Assembly: GCA_009694195.1 (NCBI GenBank)
Contig: SHVQ01000008.1
Span: forward strand, 10,465-74,464
Origin: Rhodospirillales bacterium
Lineage (GTDB): Bacteria; Pseudomonadota; Alphaproteobacteria; Rhodospirillales; SHVQ01
Reading direction: 5' to 3'
DNA: 64,000 bases
In this document: piece after piece, positions 45,519 through 55,389 of the stretch
How positions within the stretch are numbered: position 1 is the stretch's first letter
Layout of the letters: each line of letters begins with the position of its first letter
The notes under the pieces: generated by a model
Database searches by the model: none
The model's input: only the letters and a program-made list of their open reading frames with translations
Told to the model about the DNA's origin: nothing
Translations under genes and position numbers: made by a program

Positions 45519-46841
45519 ATGTCGGTCGATCCGCGCAATCTCAGGGACTCGTACACGTACTCGCCCGATGTCATCGGCGAGATCCAGCGGGCGGCAAAGG
45601 AAGGGATCTATTCGATCCGCGGCGCCGGGGCCAAACGCAGGCTGCCGACGTTCGACGATCTCGTGTTTCTGGGCGCCTCGGTCTCCCGCTATCCGCTCGA
45701 AGGCTACCGCGAAAAGTGCGCGACCGATGTCGTGCTCGGCACGCGCTTTGCGAAGAAACCCGTCCACCTGAAAATCCCGATCACCATCGCCGGCATGAGC
45801 TTCGGCGCGCTCGGGGTGAACGCGAAGCAGGCGCTCGGCATGGCCGCCTCGCAAATGGGAACGTCCACCACGACGGGCGACGGCGGCATGGTCGAGGAGG
45901 AACGGCAGGCCTCGAAGACCCTCGTCTACCAGATCCTGCCCTCCCGCTACGGCGTCAATCCGGATCACTTGAGACGCTCGGACGCGGTCGAGGTCGTCAT
46001 CGGCCAGGGAGCCAAGCCCGGCGGCGGCGGCATGCTGCTCGGCCAGAAGATCACCAAGCGGGTCGCCGGCATGCGCACGCTGCCGGAGGGCATCGACCAG
46101 CGGAGCGCGTCCCGCCACCCCGACTGGACGGGGCCCGACGATCTGGAGATCAAGATCAATGAGCTCCGCGAGCTCACGGATTGGGAGAAGCCGATCTACG
46201 TCAAGGTCGGCGCGACGCGCACGTATTACGACACCGCGCTTGCCGTGAAAGCGGGCGCCGACGTGGTCGTGGTCGACGGCATGCAGGGCGGCACGGGTGC
46301 CACCCAGGACGTGTTCATCGAGAACGTCGGAATCCCGACGCTTGCGGCGGTTCGCTTGGCCGTAAAGGCACTGCAGGAGCTGGACATGCACCGGAAGGTG
46401 CAACTGATCGTGTCCGGCGGCATCCGCTCAGGCGCGGACGTGGCGAAAGCAATTGCCATGGGGGCGGACGCCGTTTCCATCGGCATGGCATCGCTCATCG
46501 CGCTCAATTGCAACGCGCCGCTCTATCTCGAAGACTACGAGAAGCTCGGGACGGCTCCCGGCTTCTGCCACCATTGCAACACCGGGCGCTGTCCGGTCGG
46601 CGTGACGACCCAGGACCCGGAGCTGGAAAAGCGCCTGGATCCCGAGCAGGGTGCCCGGCGCGTCCGCAATTATCTCTCCACGCTGGTGATGGAAGCGCAG
46701 ACCCTGGCCCGCGCCTGCGGCAAGTCGCACATACACAATTTGGAGCCCGAGGACATGGTGGCGCTCACCATCGAGGCCGCCGCGATGGCGGGAATTCCGC
46801 TCGCCGGCACCGACTGGATTCCCGGAAGGAATCCGCTGTAG
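45519..46841 (+). CDS. glxD: FMN-binding glutamate synthase-family subunit (N-methylglutamate synthase subunit C-like)
   Basis: AGMSFGAL, GQGAKPGGGG, SRHPDW, DGMQGGTG, CHHCNTGRCPVGVTTQ. Confidence 0.9.
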   Translation: MSVDPRNLRDSYTYSPDVIGEIQRAAKEGIYSIRGAGAKRRLPTFDDLVFLGASVSRYPLEGYREKCATDVVLGTRFAKKPVHLKIPITIAGMSFGALGVNAKQALGMAASQMGTSTTTGDGGMVEEERQASKTLVYQILPSRYGVNPDHLRRSDAVEVVIGQGAKPGGGGMLLGQKITKRVAGMRTLPEGIDQRSASRHPDWTGPDDLEIKINELRELTDWEKPIYVKVGATRTYYDTALAVKAGADVVVVDGMQGGTGATQDVFIENVGIPTLAAVRLAVKALQELDMHRKVQLIVSGGIRSGADVAKAIAMGADAVSIGMASLIALNCNAPLYLEDYEKLGTAPGFCHHCNTGRCPVGVTTQDPELEKRLDPEQGARRVRNYLSTLVMEAQTLARACGKSHIHNLEPEDMVALTIEAAAMAGIPLAGTDWIPGRNPL

Positions 46842-46876
46842 GCTTTGCCGCCACGTAAAAACAGGGGGGATCAGGG

Positions 46877-48184
46877 ATGAGCACGGACCTGGAAAAAATC
46901 GCCAAAAGCCGGAAGATCAAATACTTCCTGATAAGCTTCGTCGACATGTTCGGCGTGCTCCGGGCGAAGCTCGTGCCCGCCCGCGCGATCGGCATGATGC
47001 AGCGGGACGGCGCCGCGTTCGCAGGCTTCGCCACCTGGCTGGACATGACGCCCGCACACCCCGATATGTTCGCCAAGCCCGATCCCGATAGCCTCATCGT
47101 GCTCCCGTGGAAGCCCGAGGTCGCCTGGCTCGCGGCCGACCTCTGGATGGACGGCAAGGAAGTGGAGGCCTCGCCCCGCGTCCTCTTGAAGCGCCAGCTC
47201 GAGCGGGCGGCGAAGCTCGGCTACCGGATGAAGACGGGCGTCGAGTGCGAATACTTCCTCATCAACCCGGACGGCACCGCGATCTCGGATGCGCGCGACG
47301 TGCAGCCGAAGCCCTGTTACGACCAGACGGCCTTGATGCGCCGCTACGATGTGATCTCGGAAATCTGCGACGCCATGAACCTGCTCGGCTGGTGCCCTTA
47401 TCAGAACGACCACGAGGACGCCAACGGCCAGTTCGAAATGAACTGGGACTATGACGACGCGCTCCGGACCGCCGACAAGCACGCGTTCTTCAAGTACATG
47501 ACCCGCACGATCGCCGAGATGCACGGGCTCCGCGCGACGTTCATGCCGAAGCCTTTCCTCGGCCTCACGGGCAACGGCTGCCATGCGCACGTTTCGGTCT
47601 GGGATTCCGCGGGGAAGAAAAACCTGTTCCTCGATGCGAAGGGCGAGCTCGGCCTTTCCAAGCTCGCCTACAGCTTCCTCGGCGGCATCATCCACAACGC
47701 GGAATCGCTCTGCGCGTTCTTCAATCCCACGATCAACAGCTTCAAGCGGATCAACGCCCCGGTGACGGCTTCCGGCGCCACGTGGTCGCCCAACACGATC
47801 ACTTACAGCGGCAACAACCGCACGCACATGATCCGCATCCCGGAGGCCGGCCGGTTCGAGCTCCGGCTGATGGACGGCGCGGTCAACCCCTACCTCGGGC
47901 AGGCGGGCGTGCTCGCCGCCGGCTTGGACGGCGTCAAAAACAAGCGCGATCCGGGGAAGCGCCTGGACATCGACATGTACGCCCTCGGGCACACGGTGAA
48001 GGGCGCGAAGAAGCTGCCCTTGAACATGCTCGATTCCGTTCGCTTCGCCGACCAGAGCAAGGTGCTCCGCGACGCCTTCGGGAACGCGTTCATGGACAGC
48101 TACGTGAAGCTAAAAATGCGCGAGTGGGCCAGCTTCAACAGCGCGCTCACGCCGTGGGAGCGCGACAACACGTTGGATTGCTGA
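46877..48184 (+). CDS. glnT: GlnT-type glutamine synthetase family; probable gamma-glutamylmethylamide synthetase (GmaS)
   Basis: LRAKLVPA, FAGFATWLDM, YQNDHEDANGQFEMNW, TFMPKPF..LTGNGCH, GNNRTHMIR. Confidence 0.9.
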   Translation: MSTDLEKIAKSRKIKYFLISFVDMFGVLRAKLVPARAIGMMQRDGAAFAGFATWLDMTPAHPDMFAKPDPDSLIVLPWKPEVAWLAADLWMDGKEVEASPRVLLKRQLERAAKLGYRMKTGVECEYFLINPDGTAISDARDVQPKPCYDQTALMRRYDVISEICDAMNLLGWCPYQNDHEDANGQFEMNWDYDDALRTADKHAFFKYMTRTIAEMHGLRATFMPKPFLGLTGNGCHAHVSVWDSAGKKNLFLDAKGELGLSKLAYSFLGGIIHNAESLCAFFNPTINSFKRINAPVTASGATWSPNTITYSGNNRTHMIRIPEAGRFELRLMDGAVNPYLGQAGVLAAGLDGVKNKRDPGKRLDIDMYALGHTVKGAKKLPLNMLDSVRFADQSKVLRDAFGNAFMDSYVKLKMREWASFNSALTPWERDNTLDC

Positions 48185-48198
48185 AGGGCGGGAATCCA

Positions 48199-48366
48199 GC
48201 CCCTCACCCTTCCCTCTCCCCCAGATGGGGGAGAGGGTTGCTCAGGGTCTGCGGGGAATCCCCGCAAGTGTCCCCTTGGGTTGGCGCGGCGTCAGCCGCG
48301 CCTTACCCGCCTGCGGGGCCGAAGCCCCTGCGGCGCGGCGAAGGCCCGGAGCTGGGTGAGGGGGTG
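48199..48366. repeat. CCCTCTCCC-type REP-like element with two nested inserts
   Basis: Same backbone as 50975..51072 and 61144..61240, plus 33-bp and 39-bp inserts. Confidence 0.8.
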
Positions 48367-48383
48367 ACGATGGGCGTCGGCCG

Positions 48384-49634
48384 TTACCGCTTCAGATAAT
48401 CGTAGGCGGTCATCGCGATCGTGCGGAACACGCGATGCACGTCCTCGACTGCGACCGCCTCGTCGGGGCCGCCCAGGTTGTGGGCGTTCGGCCCGCAAAG
48501 GATCGCCGGCATTCCCGCCCGGCGGTAGAACCGGCAATCGGAATAGCCGAGCCGGTAGTTGAGGTGGACGTCCTCGCCCGATGCCTCGGCGGCGTTCTTC
48601 AGCGCCAGCCGCACGATCGGATGATCGGGATCGGTCCACGCCGGCTCGAACGACGACATGATCGTGAAGGAGACCCCGGAAACGCTCGTGAGCCGGCCCG
48701 CGATCCGCTTCTGCATTTCGGCGACCGAGAGCCCGGCCGGAATGCGGACGTCGAGGCGGGCCAGCGCCCGGCCGGCGACCAGGTTGAAGGCCTCGCCGCC
48801 TTCGATGACGCCGACGTTCACGGTGACGGCGGTGAGATTGCGGATTTCACCCGAGTCCGCGCCCGCGCGCGCGCCCGCCGCATCGACGGCCGCGCGAACC
48901 TGCGCCGGCACCTCCGGAGCGGGCCCCTCCAACGTTTTGATCGCGGTGATCGCCCGGATCAACGCATCGATCGCGCTGACGCCCTTGTGCGGGTGCGCGC
49001 CGTGACTTGCGCGTCCTTCCGCCTGGAGCTCGATCCAGAGATAGCCCTTCTCGCCGAAGCGGAGCACGGTCGGCGAGCCCGCATCGGCGTTGAGCACGGC
49101 ATCGCCGCGGGCCTCCGGCACGTTCGCCACCAGATAGCCGGTGCCGAAGCTGCCCCCGGTTTCCTCGTCGCCGACGAGGGAGAGCACGATCCGGCCGCCG
49201 AGCTGCCCCCGCGCCGCGGCGAGGGCCCGCACCGCGAGGATCTCGCAGGCGACCCCGGATTTCATGTCGGCGACGCCGCGCCCCAACAGGCGGCCGTCCT
49301 TCAAGGTGCCTTCGAGGGGCGGCACCGTCCACGTCCCTTCGTCGCCGACGGGGAACGTGTCGAGATGGCCGTTGAACACGAGGGTCGGGCCGGGCGCGCC
49401 CAAGTCGATGATACAGTTGAGATTGATGCAGTCGGGCTTGGGCTCGATGCGCGCGACCCGGAGCCCCTCGATGCCGTCCAGCTGCTTGAGACAAAAGGCG
49501 GCGGCGGCAACCGTGTTCCCGGGGGGATTGATCGACGGAATCCGGAGGAGAGCCTGAACGAGCGGGATCAAATTCTTTTCGTCGGCCGCGAGCCGTTTCT
49601 TGAATGCAGACCGTGCATCGCTCTCCGCCGACAC
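48384..49634 (-). CDS. M20 metallopeptidase (ArgE/DapE family)
   Basis: FNGHLDTFP, GRGVADMKSG, GDEETGG, GRASHGA, DEAV. GTG start preceded by GAGG. Confidence 0.88.
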   Translation of the reverse strand: MSAESDARSAFKKRLAADEKNLIPLVQALLRIPSINPPGNTVAAAAFCLKQLDGIEGLRVARIEPKPDCINLNCIIDLGAPGPTLVFNGHLDTFPVGDEGTWTVPPLEGTLKDGRLLGRGVADMKSGVACEILAVRALAAARGQLGGRIVLSLVGDEETGGSFGTGYLVANVPEARGDAVLNADAGSPTVLRFGEKGYLWIELQAEGRASHGAHPHKGVSAIDALIRAITAIKTLEGPAPEVPAQVRAAVDAAGARAGADSGEIRNLTAVTVNVGVIEGGEAFNLVAGRALARLDVRIPAGLSVAEMQKRIAGRLTSVSGVSFTIMSSFEPAWTDPDHPIVRLALKNAAEASGEDVHLNYRLGYSDCRFYRRAGMPAILCGPNAHNLGGPDEAVAVEDVHRVFRTIAMTAYDYLKR

Positions 49635-49642
49635 CGTCCACC

Positions 49643-50908
49643 TCAGGCAGTCGCCGGACGCAGGCGTCCGGCGCGGGTCATCTGGACGAGCATCGCGATG
49701 ATCGTGAGGTTGGTGATGTTGAACGCGATCCCGATGGCAAATGCATATGTGTAGCCCCCCGTGAGGTCGAAGGCGTAGCCGCCGACCCAGCCGCCGAGCG
49801 CCATGCCGAGGCCGGCGAACAGGTCGATCTGCGCGTAGCGGCGGCCGACCTCGTGGACCGGCATGTATTCGCGGGCGATGGCGATGTTGCTGGGTCCGAT
49901 GCCGCCCCACCCGAGCCCGAACAGAACGGCGACGACGTAGAAGGTCCAGAGACTATCGATCGCCATGAACAGGCAAAGACCGATCACCTGCGCGGCCGAA
50001 AACATGAGCAGCGTCGGCAGCCCGCCGAACCGCTCGACGACGGGCCCGAAGACGAGCAGGCGCGTGACCAGGCTCGCGGCCAGCATCAGCGAGAGGACTT
50101 CGGCGGCCCTGACGGCCGGATACCCGATGTCCGTCGCGTAGGCCACCACATGAGCGTGCGGGATCGCCATGGCGACGCAACACCCGATGACCCCGAGGGA
50201 GAGCGCGACCTGCAGGACCGGCGTCGAGAGGACGGGCCCGGTCGCGGCCTCGACCTGGCGGCGGGGGGTTTCGCCTGAGCGGACGTACGTTTCCCCGCGA
50301 CCCGCCTCAGCCGCGGGCGTCCTCCGCATGAGGATGAAGCTCAGCGGCACCATGGTCGCAAGCGCGAAGACGCCGTACCAGAAGAACGTCTCCCGCCACC
50401 CGATGGTGTCGTTGAGGTAGCGGAAGATCGGCGGCAAAATGATTCCGCCCAGGCTCTGGCCGCTTGAAACGATGCCGATGGCAAGACCGCGGCGGCGGTC
50501 GAACCAATGCGTCACGTTGGCGCTGAGCGGCGCATAGAGGCTGGCGACCCCGAGCAAGCCCATCATCACGCCGAACGCGACATAAAACTCCCATTGGCTC
50601 GTGGCCGTGCTGGCGAAGATCGCGCCGGAGCCGATCATCACCGCACCGATCAAGGACGGCCCGAACATCCGGCGCGAACGGTCCATCCAGGCGCCCATCG
50701 CGATCGCGCCGAACCCGCCGCCGATGAAACTGAGCGCATAGGCCGTCGAGGGAACTGTCCGCGGCCAGTCGAAGTCCTGGGAAATGCTCTTCAGCATCAC
50801 GACGAGAGCGAACTGACCGCCGAGCCCGATCAAGAGAAGCGCGACCGAAGCGAAGAGCACGGCAAACCGGTAGTTGCGGTCGATGCTGTCGCGGACGGAT
50901 CGCAACAC
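49643..50908 (-). CDS. MFS transporter (OFA/MCT-like)
   Basis: WFDRRRGLAIGIVSSG, GWRETF, GGYAFDLTGGY. Confidence 0.88.
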   Translation of the reverse strand: MLRSVRDSIDRNYRFAVLFASVALLLIGLGGQFALVVMLKSISQDFDWPRTVPSTAYALSFIGGGFGAIAMGAWMDRSRRMFGPSLIGAVMIGSGAIFASTATSQWEFYVAFGVMMGLLGVASLYAPLSANVTHWFDRRRGLAIGIVSSGQSLGGIILPPIFRYLNDTIGWRETFFWYGVFALATMVPLSFILMRRTPAAEAGRGETYVRSGETPRRQVEAATGPVLSTPVLQVALSLGVIGCCVAMAIPHAHVVAYATDIGYPAVRAAEVLSLMLAASLVTRLLVFGPVVERFGGLPTLLMFSAAQVIGLCLFMAIDSLWTFYVVAVLFGLGWGGIGPSNIAIAREYMPVHEVGRRYAQIDLFAGLGMALGGWVGGYAFDLTGGYTYAFAIGIAFNITNLTIIAMLVQMTRAGRLRPATA

Positions 50909-50974
50909 TGAAGGCCTCCCGGGTCGATCCTGCGAGAGTACCCTCGAACGCTTCGCGCCGTCAGCTTATTGAAT

Positions 50975-51072
50975 CACCCCCTCACCCAGCTTCGGGTAGA
51001 GCGCGGCTGACGCCGCGCCAACCCTACACAACCCTCTCCCCCGTATAGGGGGAGAGGGAAGGGTGAGGGGGC
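50975..51072. repeat. CCCTCTCCC-type REP-like element
   Basis: Outer CCCCTCACCC/GGGTGAGGGG arms enclosing the CCCTCTCCCCC..GGGGGAGAGGG hairpin. Confidence 0.82.
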
Positions 51073-51077
51073 GTACA

Positions 51078-54000
51078 CTATTCCGCCGGTTGCGGATGCT
51101 TCTGCGCGGCCCCGGCGGGAAGCGGCTTCGGCTTGCGGCCGCGGATGACCGTGTAGACGCTCGGAATGACGAAGAGCGTAAAGAAGGTTCCGACCAGCAG
51201 GCCGCCGACGATCACCCAGCCGATCTGCTTCCGGCTCTCCGCTCCGGCGCCCGTCGAGAGCGCCAGCGGGATGGCGCCGAGGACCATCGCGCCCGTGGTC
51301 ATCAGGATCGGGCGAAGCCGGAGGACGGTCGCCTCGATGACGGCCTCGACCGGCGACTTCCCGGCCTCCCGCATCTGGTTCGAGAACTCGACGATGAGAA
51401 TGCCGTGCTTGGTGATCAGGCCGATGAGCGTGACGAGGCCGACCTTGCTGTAGACATTGAGCGTGCCGCCCGTGAGATGGAGCAGCAGAAGCGCTCCCGC
51501 CATCGAGAGCGGCACCGTCAGCATGATGATGAAGGGGTCGATGAAGCTTTCGAACTGGGCGGCGAGCACCAGGTAGATGAACGCGAGCGCGAGCAGGAAC
51601 ATGACGAAGATGTCGGCGCTCGACGTCTTGAACTCCCGGGAGGGGCCCGCGTAGTCCGTGCGCGCCCACGCCGGCAGCACCTCCTTGGCGGCGGCCTCGA
51701 CGGCCTGAAGGGCGTCGCCGAGGGCGTAGCCCGGCGCCACGTTGGCCGTGAGGGTGACGGAGCGAAGCTGGTTGAAGTGATTGAGCTCCCGCGGCGCCAC
51801 GGTCTCCGTCACCCGGATCAGGTTGGCGAGCGGAATCATTTCGCCCCCTGGGGCGCGCACATAGATCTTGTGAAGGTCGTCGGGGTTGCGCCGGTCGACG
51901 TCGCCGATCTGGACCACCACGTCGTATTGCTTGCCCTCGCGCTTGAAGCGGGTGACCTCGCGGCCGCCCAACATCGTCTCAAGCGCCCGGCCGAGGGTCT
52001 CGACCTCGAGCCCGAGCGTCGCCATCTTGTCGCGGTCGACGGCCACCTTGAGCTGCGGCGTATTCAGCTTGAGGTCGGTTTCGATGTTGAGGAGCGTCGG
52101 GTTCCCGTCGAGCTTGGCGATCAGCCGATCAGCCATCTGCTGAAGCTCGAGATAGGGGTGCGACGTGAGCACCACGAACTGCAGCGGCTTGTCGCGGACG
52201 CTCTGGCCGAGCGGCGGCGGGTTGACGGGGAAGGCCAGGATGCCCGGGATCTTGAACATCTCCGGCGCGATCGAAGCGGCGATCTCCTGCTGCGTCCGCG
52301 TGCGCTCGCCCCACGGCTTGACGCGGACGAAGGAAATCCCCTGCGCCACGGTCGGGAACCCGGAGACGACGAAGTATTTGTTCACCTCCGGCACGGCGGC
52401 GAAGATCTTTTCCAGTTCGCGCGCGTAGCTGTCCGTATAGGTGATCGTCGAGCCTTCCGGCGCGATGAAGATGCCGACGATGACGCCCTGGTCCTCGAAG
52501 GGCGCGAGCTCCGACTTCAAGAGCTTGAAGAAATAGACGCTGCTGCCGGCGACCGCGAGGCCGAGGAGGATGACGAGGACGCGCGCCCGCAACGCGCGGG
52601 TGAGCACGAACCGGTAGCCCTGGGTCAACCGGTCGAGACCCCAGCCGACGGCGCGGGAGAGCGGGTTCGGGCGCGCGTGATGGCGGAGCATCTTCGAGCA
52701 CATCATCGGCGAGAGGGAGAGCGCGACGAATCCGGAGACCAGCACCGCACCGGCGAGCGTCCAGGCGAATTCGGCGAACAGCCGCCCGGTGCCGCCGGTC
52801 ATGAACCCGATCGGCGCATAGACGGCAGCCAGCGTCAGCGTCATCGCGACCACCGCGAAGCCGATCTCGCGGCTACCGCGCTTGGCGGCCTCCATCGGCG
52901 GCATCCCGGCCTCCACGTGCCGGTGAATGTTCTCCAGCATCACGATCGCGTCGTCGACGACGAGCCCGATCGCGAGCACGAGAGCCAGGAGCGTCAGCGT
53001 GTTGATCGTGAACCCGCAGACGTACATCAGCGCGAACGCGCCGATCAGGGAGACCGGGATGGTGACGAGCGGGATCATCGTCGCCCGCACCGAGCGCAGG
53101 AAGATGAAGATGATCAGCACGACCAGCCCGGTCGCCTCGAAGATCGTGCGGTTCACGTTCTTGATCGATTCCTCGATGAAGACGGACTTGTCGTAAGCGA
53201 CCTCGGAATTCATTCCCTGCGGCAGGCCCTCGATGATGCGCGGCAGCTCCTCGCGGATGGCGCGCGAGACCTCGAGCGGGTTCGCCGTCGCCTGCTTGAC
53301 GATGCCGAGCGCGATCGCGTTGCGCCCCCGGTAGCGGGCGATCCGGCGCTCGTCGCGGGCGGCGAGCTCGGCGTGACCGACGTCCGAGAGCCGCACCAGG
53401 TAGCCTTTGTCATCCTTGAGGATGAGGCGGTTGAAATCCTCGGGCGTGCGCATATCGGTTTCCGAGAGCACCGTGAACTCGCGGCGCGCACTTTCGATGC
53501 GCCCCGACGGCACCTCGACGTTCTGGCGCCGCAACGCCGCTTCGATGTCCTGCGGCGTGAGGGCGAACGCCGCGAGCTTCGAGGGGTCGAGCCAGATCCG
53601 CATGGAGTAGCGGCGCTCGCCGAAGATGCGCACTTCGGCGACGCCCGAGAGCGTCTGCAACTGGTCCTTCACGTAGCGGTCGGCGTAGTCGGAGATCTCG
53701 AGCGGGCTGTGGCGGTCGCTGAAGAAGGCGAGGTAGAGGATGGGCTGGGCGTCCGCCTCCACTTTCTGGATCACCGGCTCGTCGATCTCGTCGGGGAGCT
53801 TGCCGCGCACCCGGCTCACCCGGTCGCGCACGTCGGCGGCGGCGCCGTCGGGAGCGCGCTTCAGCTTGAAGACGACGGCGATCTGGCTGCTCTCCTGGCG
53901 GCTGACGGAGCTCATGATCTCCACGCCTTCGATGCCGGCGAGGGATTCTTCGATCACCTGGGTCACCTGGGTCTCGACGATCTCGGCGCTGGCGCCCCGG

Positions 54001-54152
54001 TAGGTCGTCTGCACCGTCACCACCGGCGGGTCGACGTTCGGGTACTCGCGGACCGAGAGACGGTCGAAGGAGACGAGGCCGATGAGGACGATGACGAGGC
54101 TCATCACCGTCGCGAACACGGGCCGCCGGATGCAGAGATCGGAAATCGTCAT
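51078..54152 (-). CDS. RND efflux permease (AcrB/HAE1 family)
   Basis: IRRPVFATV, AIGLVVDDAIV.LENI, RLRPILMTT. Confidence 0.95.
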   Translation of the reverse strand: MTISDLCIRRPVFATVMSLVIVLIGLVSFDRLSVREYPNVDPPVVTVQTTYRGASAEIVETQVTQVIEESLAGIEGVEIMSSVSRQESSQIAVVFKLKRAPDGAAADVRDRVSRVRGKLPDEIDEPVIQKVEADAQPILYLAFFSDRHSPLEISDYADRYVKDQLQTLSGVAEVRIFGERRYSMRIWLDPSKLAAFALTPQDIEAALRRQNVEVPSGRIESARREFTVLSETDMRTPEDFNRLILKDDKGYLVRLSDVGHAELAARDERRIARYRGRNAIALGIVKQATANPLEVSRAIREELPRIIEGLPQGMNSEVAYDKSVFIEESIKNVNRTIFEATGLVVLIIFIFLRSVRATMIPLVTIPVSLIGAFALMYVCGFTINTLTLLALVLAIGLVVDDAIVMLENIHRHVEAGMPPMEAAKRGSREIGFAVVAMTLTLAAVYAPIGFMTGGTGRLFAEFAWTLAGAVLVSGFVALSLSPMMCSKMLRHHARPNPLSRAVGWGLDRLTQGYRFVLTRALRARVLVILLGLAVAGSSVYFFKLLKSELAPFEDQGVIVGIFIAPEGSTITYTDSYARELEKIFAAVPEVNKYFVVSGFPTVAQGISFVRVKPWGERTRTQQEIAASIAPEMFKIPGILAFPVNPPPLGQSVRDKPLQFVVLTSHPYLELQQMADRLIAKLDGNPTLLNIETDLKLNTPQLKVAVDRDKMATLGLEVETLGRALETMLGGREVTRFKREGKQYDVVVQIGDVDRRNPDDLHKIYVRAPGGEMIPLANLIRVTETVAPRELNHFNQLRSVTLTANVAPGYALGDALQAVEAAAKEVLPAWARTDYAGPSREFKTSSADIFVMFLLALAFIYLVLAAQFESFIDPFIIMLTVPLSMAGALLLLHLTGGTLNVYSKVGLVTLIGLITKHGILIVEFSNQMREAGKSPVEAVIEATVLRLRPILMTTGAMVLGAIPLALSTGAGAESRKQIGWVIVGGLLVGTFFTLFVIPSVYTVIRGRKPKPLPAGAAQKHPQPAE

Positions 54153-54164
54153 CGGCCCCCCGTC

Positions 54165-55244
54165 CTAGCTCGCGCCGGCCGGCGCCACCGCGCTGCCGTC
54201 GCGGATCTTCAGGTGCCCGGCCTTGACGATCACGTCGTCGGGGCCGAGGCCTTCGACGATCTCGATGACGCCGGCGCGGTAGAGACCGGTCTTCACCTTG
54301 GTGAGGACGGCTTTCCCGTCGACGACCTTGAAGACGTACTGGGAGTCGCCGCGCGGGAAGACCGTCTGCTCGGACACCAGGATCGCGTTCTCGCGCTGGT
54401 CCAGCATCAGCGTCACGCGCGCATAGAGGCCGGGCCGCAACACCTTGTCCTGGTTCGGGATGCGGGCGCGGATGCCGATGCTGCGGCCGGCCTCGCTGAT
54501 GTGCGGATCGATGGCATAGACGGTGCCGTCGAAGGCGCGGGTGGGGAAGGCGTCGAGCTGGATGCGGATTTGCTGGCCTTCCTTGAGGGCACCCAGATTG
54601 CGCTCGGGGATGCGGAAATCGACCTTGATGGTCTCGATGTCTTCCAGATTGACCAGGTCCTGGCCGGGCGAAATGTAGTCGCCCGGGCTCACCTTGCGGA
54701 GCCCGATGATCCCGCGAAAGGGCGCGACGATCTTCGTCGTCTCAAGCCGCGCGCGAGCCAGATGGACCGACGCTTCGCCGCGTTCGACCGCGGCCCGCGC
54801 CTCGTCGCGCGCACGCTCGGTGCCGGCGCCTTTCTGGGCCAGCTCTTCGGCGCGGGCGAAATTGCGCTTGCTCAGGTTGAGGTTGGCCTGGGCCTCGGCG
54901 AGCTCGGCCTTGAAGACCGCGTCCTCGATATTGAAGAGCCGCGCACCCTTGTCCACGAACTCGCCCTCCGAGAAGGCGATCGTCGTGATGCGGCCCGGAA
55001 TCTCCGGGCGGATGATGACGGACTCGTTCGAGCGGAGCGAACCGACCGCGAGGACCTCGGCGGCGATGGTTCCCAAGTCGACCTTGGCCATCTCGACGGG
55101 GACCGCCGGCGGCGCCGGCTGGCTTTGGAGCGCGGCGTTCGCCGCCGTACCGCCGCGCCGGCTGTCGGTGAAGTAGACATAGCCGGCCCCGGCGGCAGCG
55201 GCCAGCATCAAGAGCGCCAGAGCGGTCATGACCGGTTTGGTCAT
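54165..55244 (-). CDS. RND periplasmic adaptor (membrane fusion protein)
   Basis: N-terminal anchor, IVAPFRGIIG, LRPGLYARV. Confidence 0.92.
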   Translation of the reverse strand: MTKPVMTALALLMLAAAAGAGYVYFTDSRRGGTAANAALQSQPAPPAVPVEMAKVDLGTIAAEVLAVGSLRSNESVIIRPEIPGRITTIAFSEGEFVDKGARLFNIEDAVFKAELAEAQANLNLSKRNFARAEELAQKGAGTERARDEARAAVERGEASVHLARARLETTKIVAPFRGIIGLRKVSPGDYISPGQDLVNLEDIETIKVDFRIPERNLGALKEGQQIRIQLDAFPTRAFDGTVYAIDPHISEAGRSIGIRARIPNQDKVLRPGLYARVTLMLDQRENAILVSEQTVFPRGDSQYVFKVVDGKAVLTKVKTGLYRAGVIEIVEGLGPDDVIVKAGHLKIRDGSAVAPAGAS

Positions 55245-55295
55245 CGTGCTTTCTTGGCGCGGGCCGCACCCGCGCCAATTCCCCGGGTCAACAAT

Positions 55296-55318
55296 CTAGA
55301 CTAGACCGTCCAGTCTAG
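55296..55318. promoter_or_regulatory. TetR-type palindromic operator upstream of the RND operon
   Basis: CTAGACTAGAC-C-GTCCAGTCTAG, one mismatch. Confidence 0.65.
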
Positions 55319-55389
55319 TGACGGTGGTCCGCCCAGTCAACGGCTCTTCGCGCCGTGCCGTCCCCCCCCCCCGTGCGTTCGAATCCTCC

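Noticed and set aside
51063-55304. 1413-aa plus-strand ORF
   Set aside because: Antisense shadow of the RND and adaptor genes.
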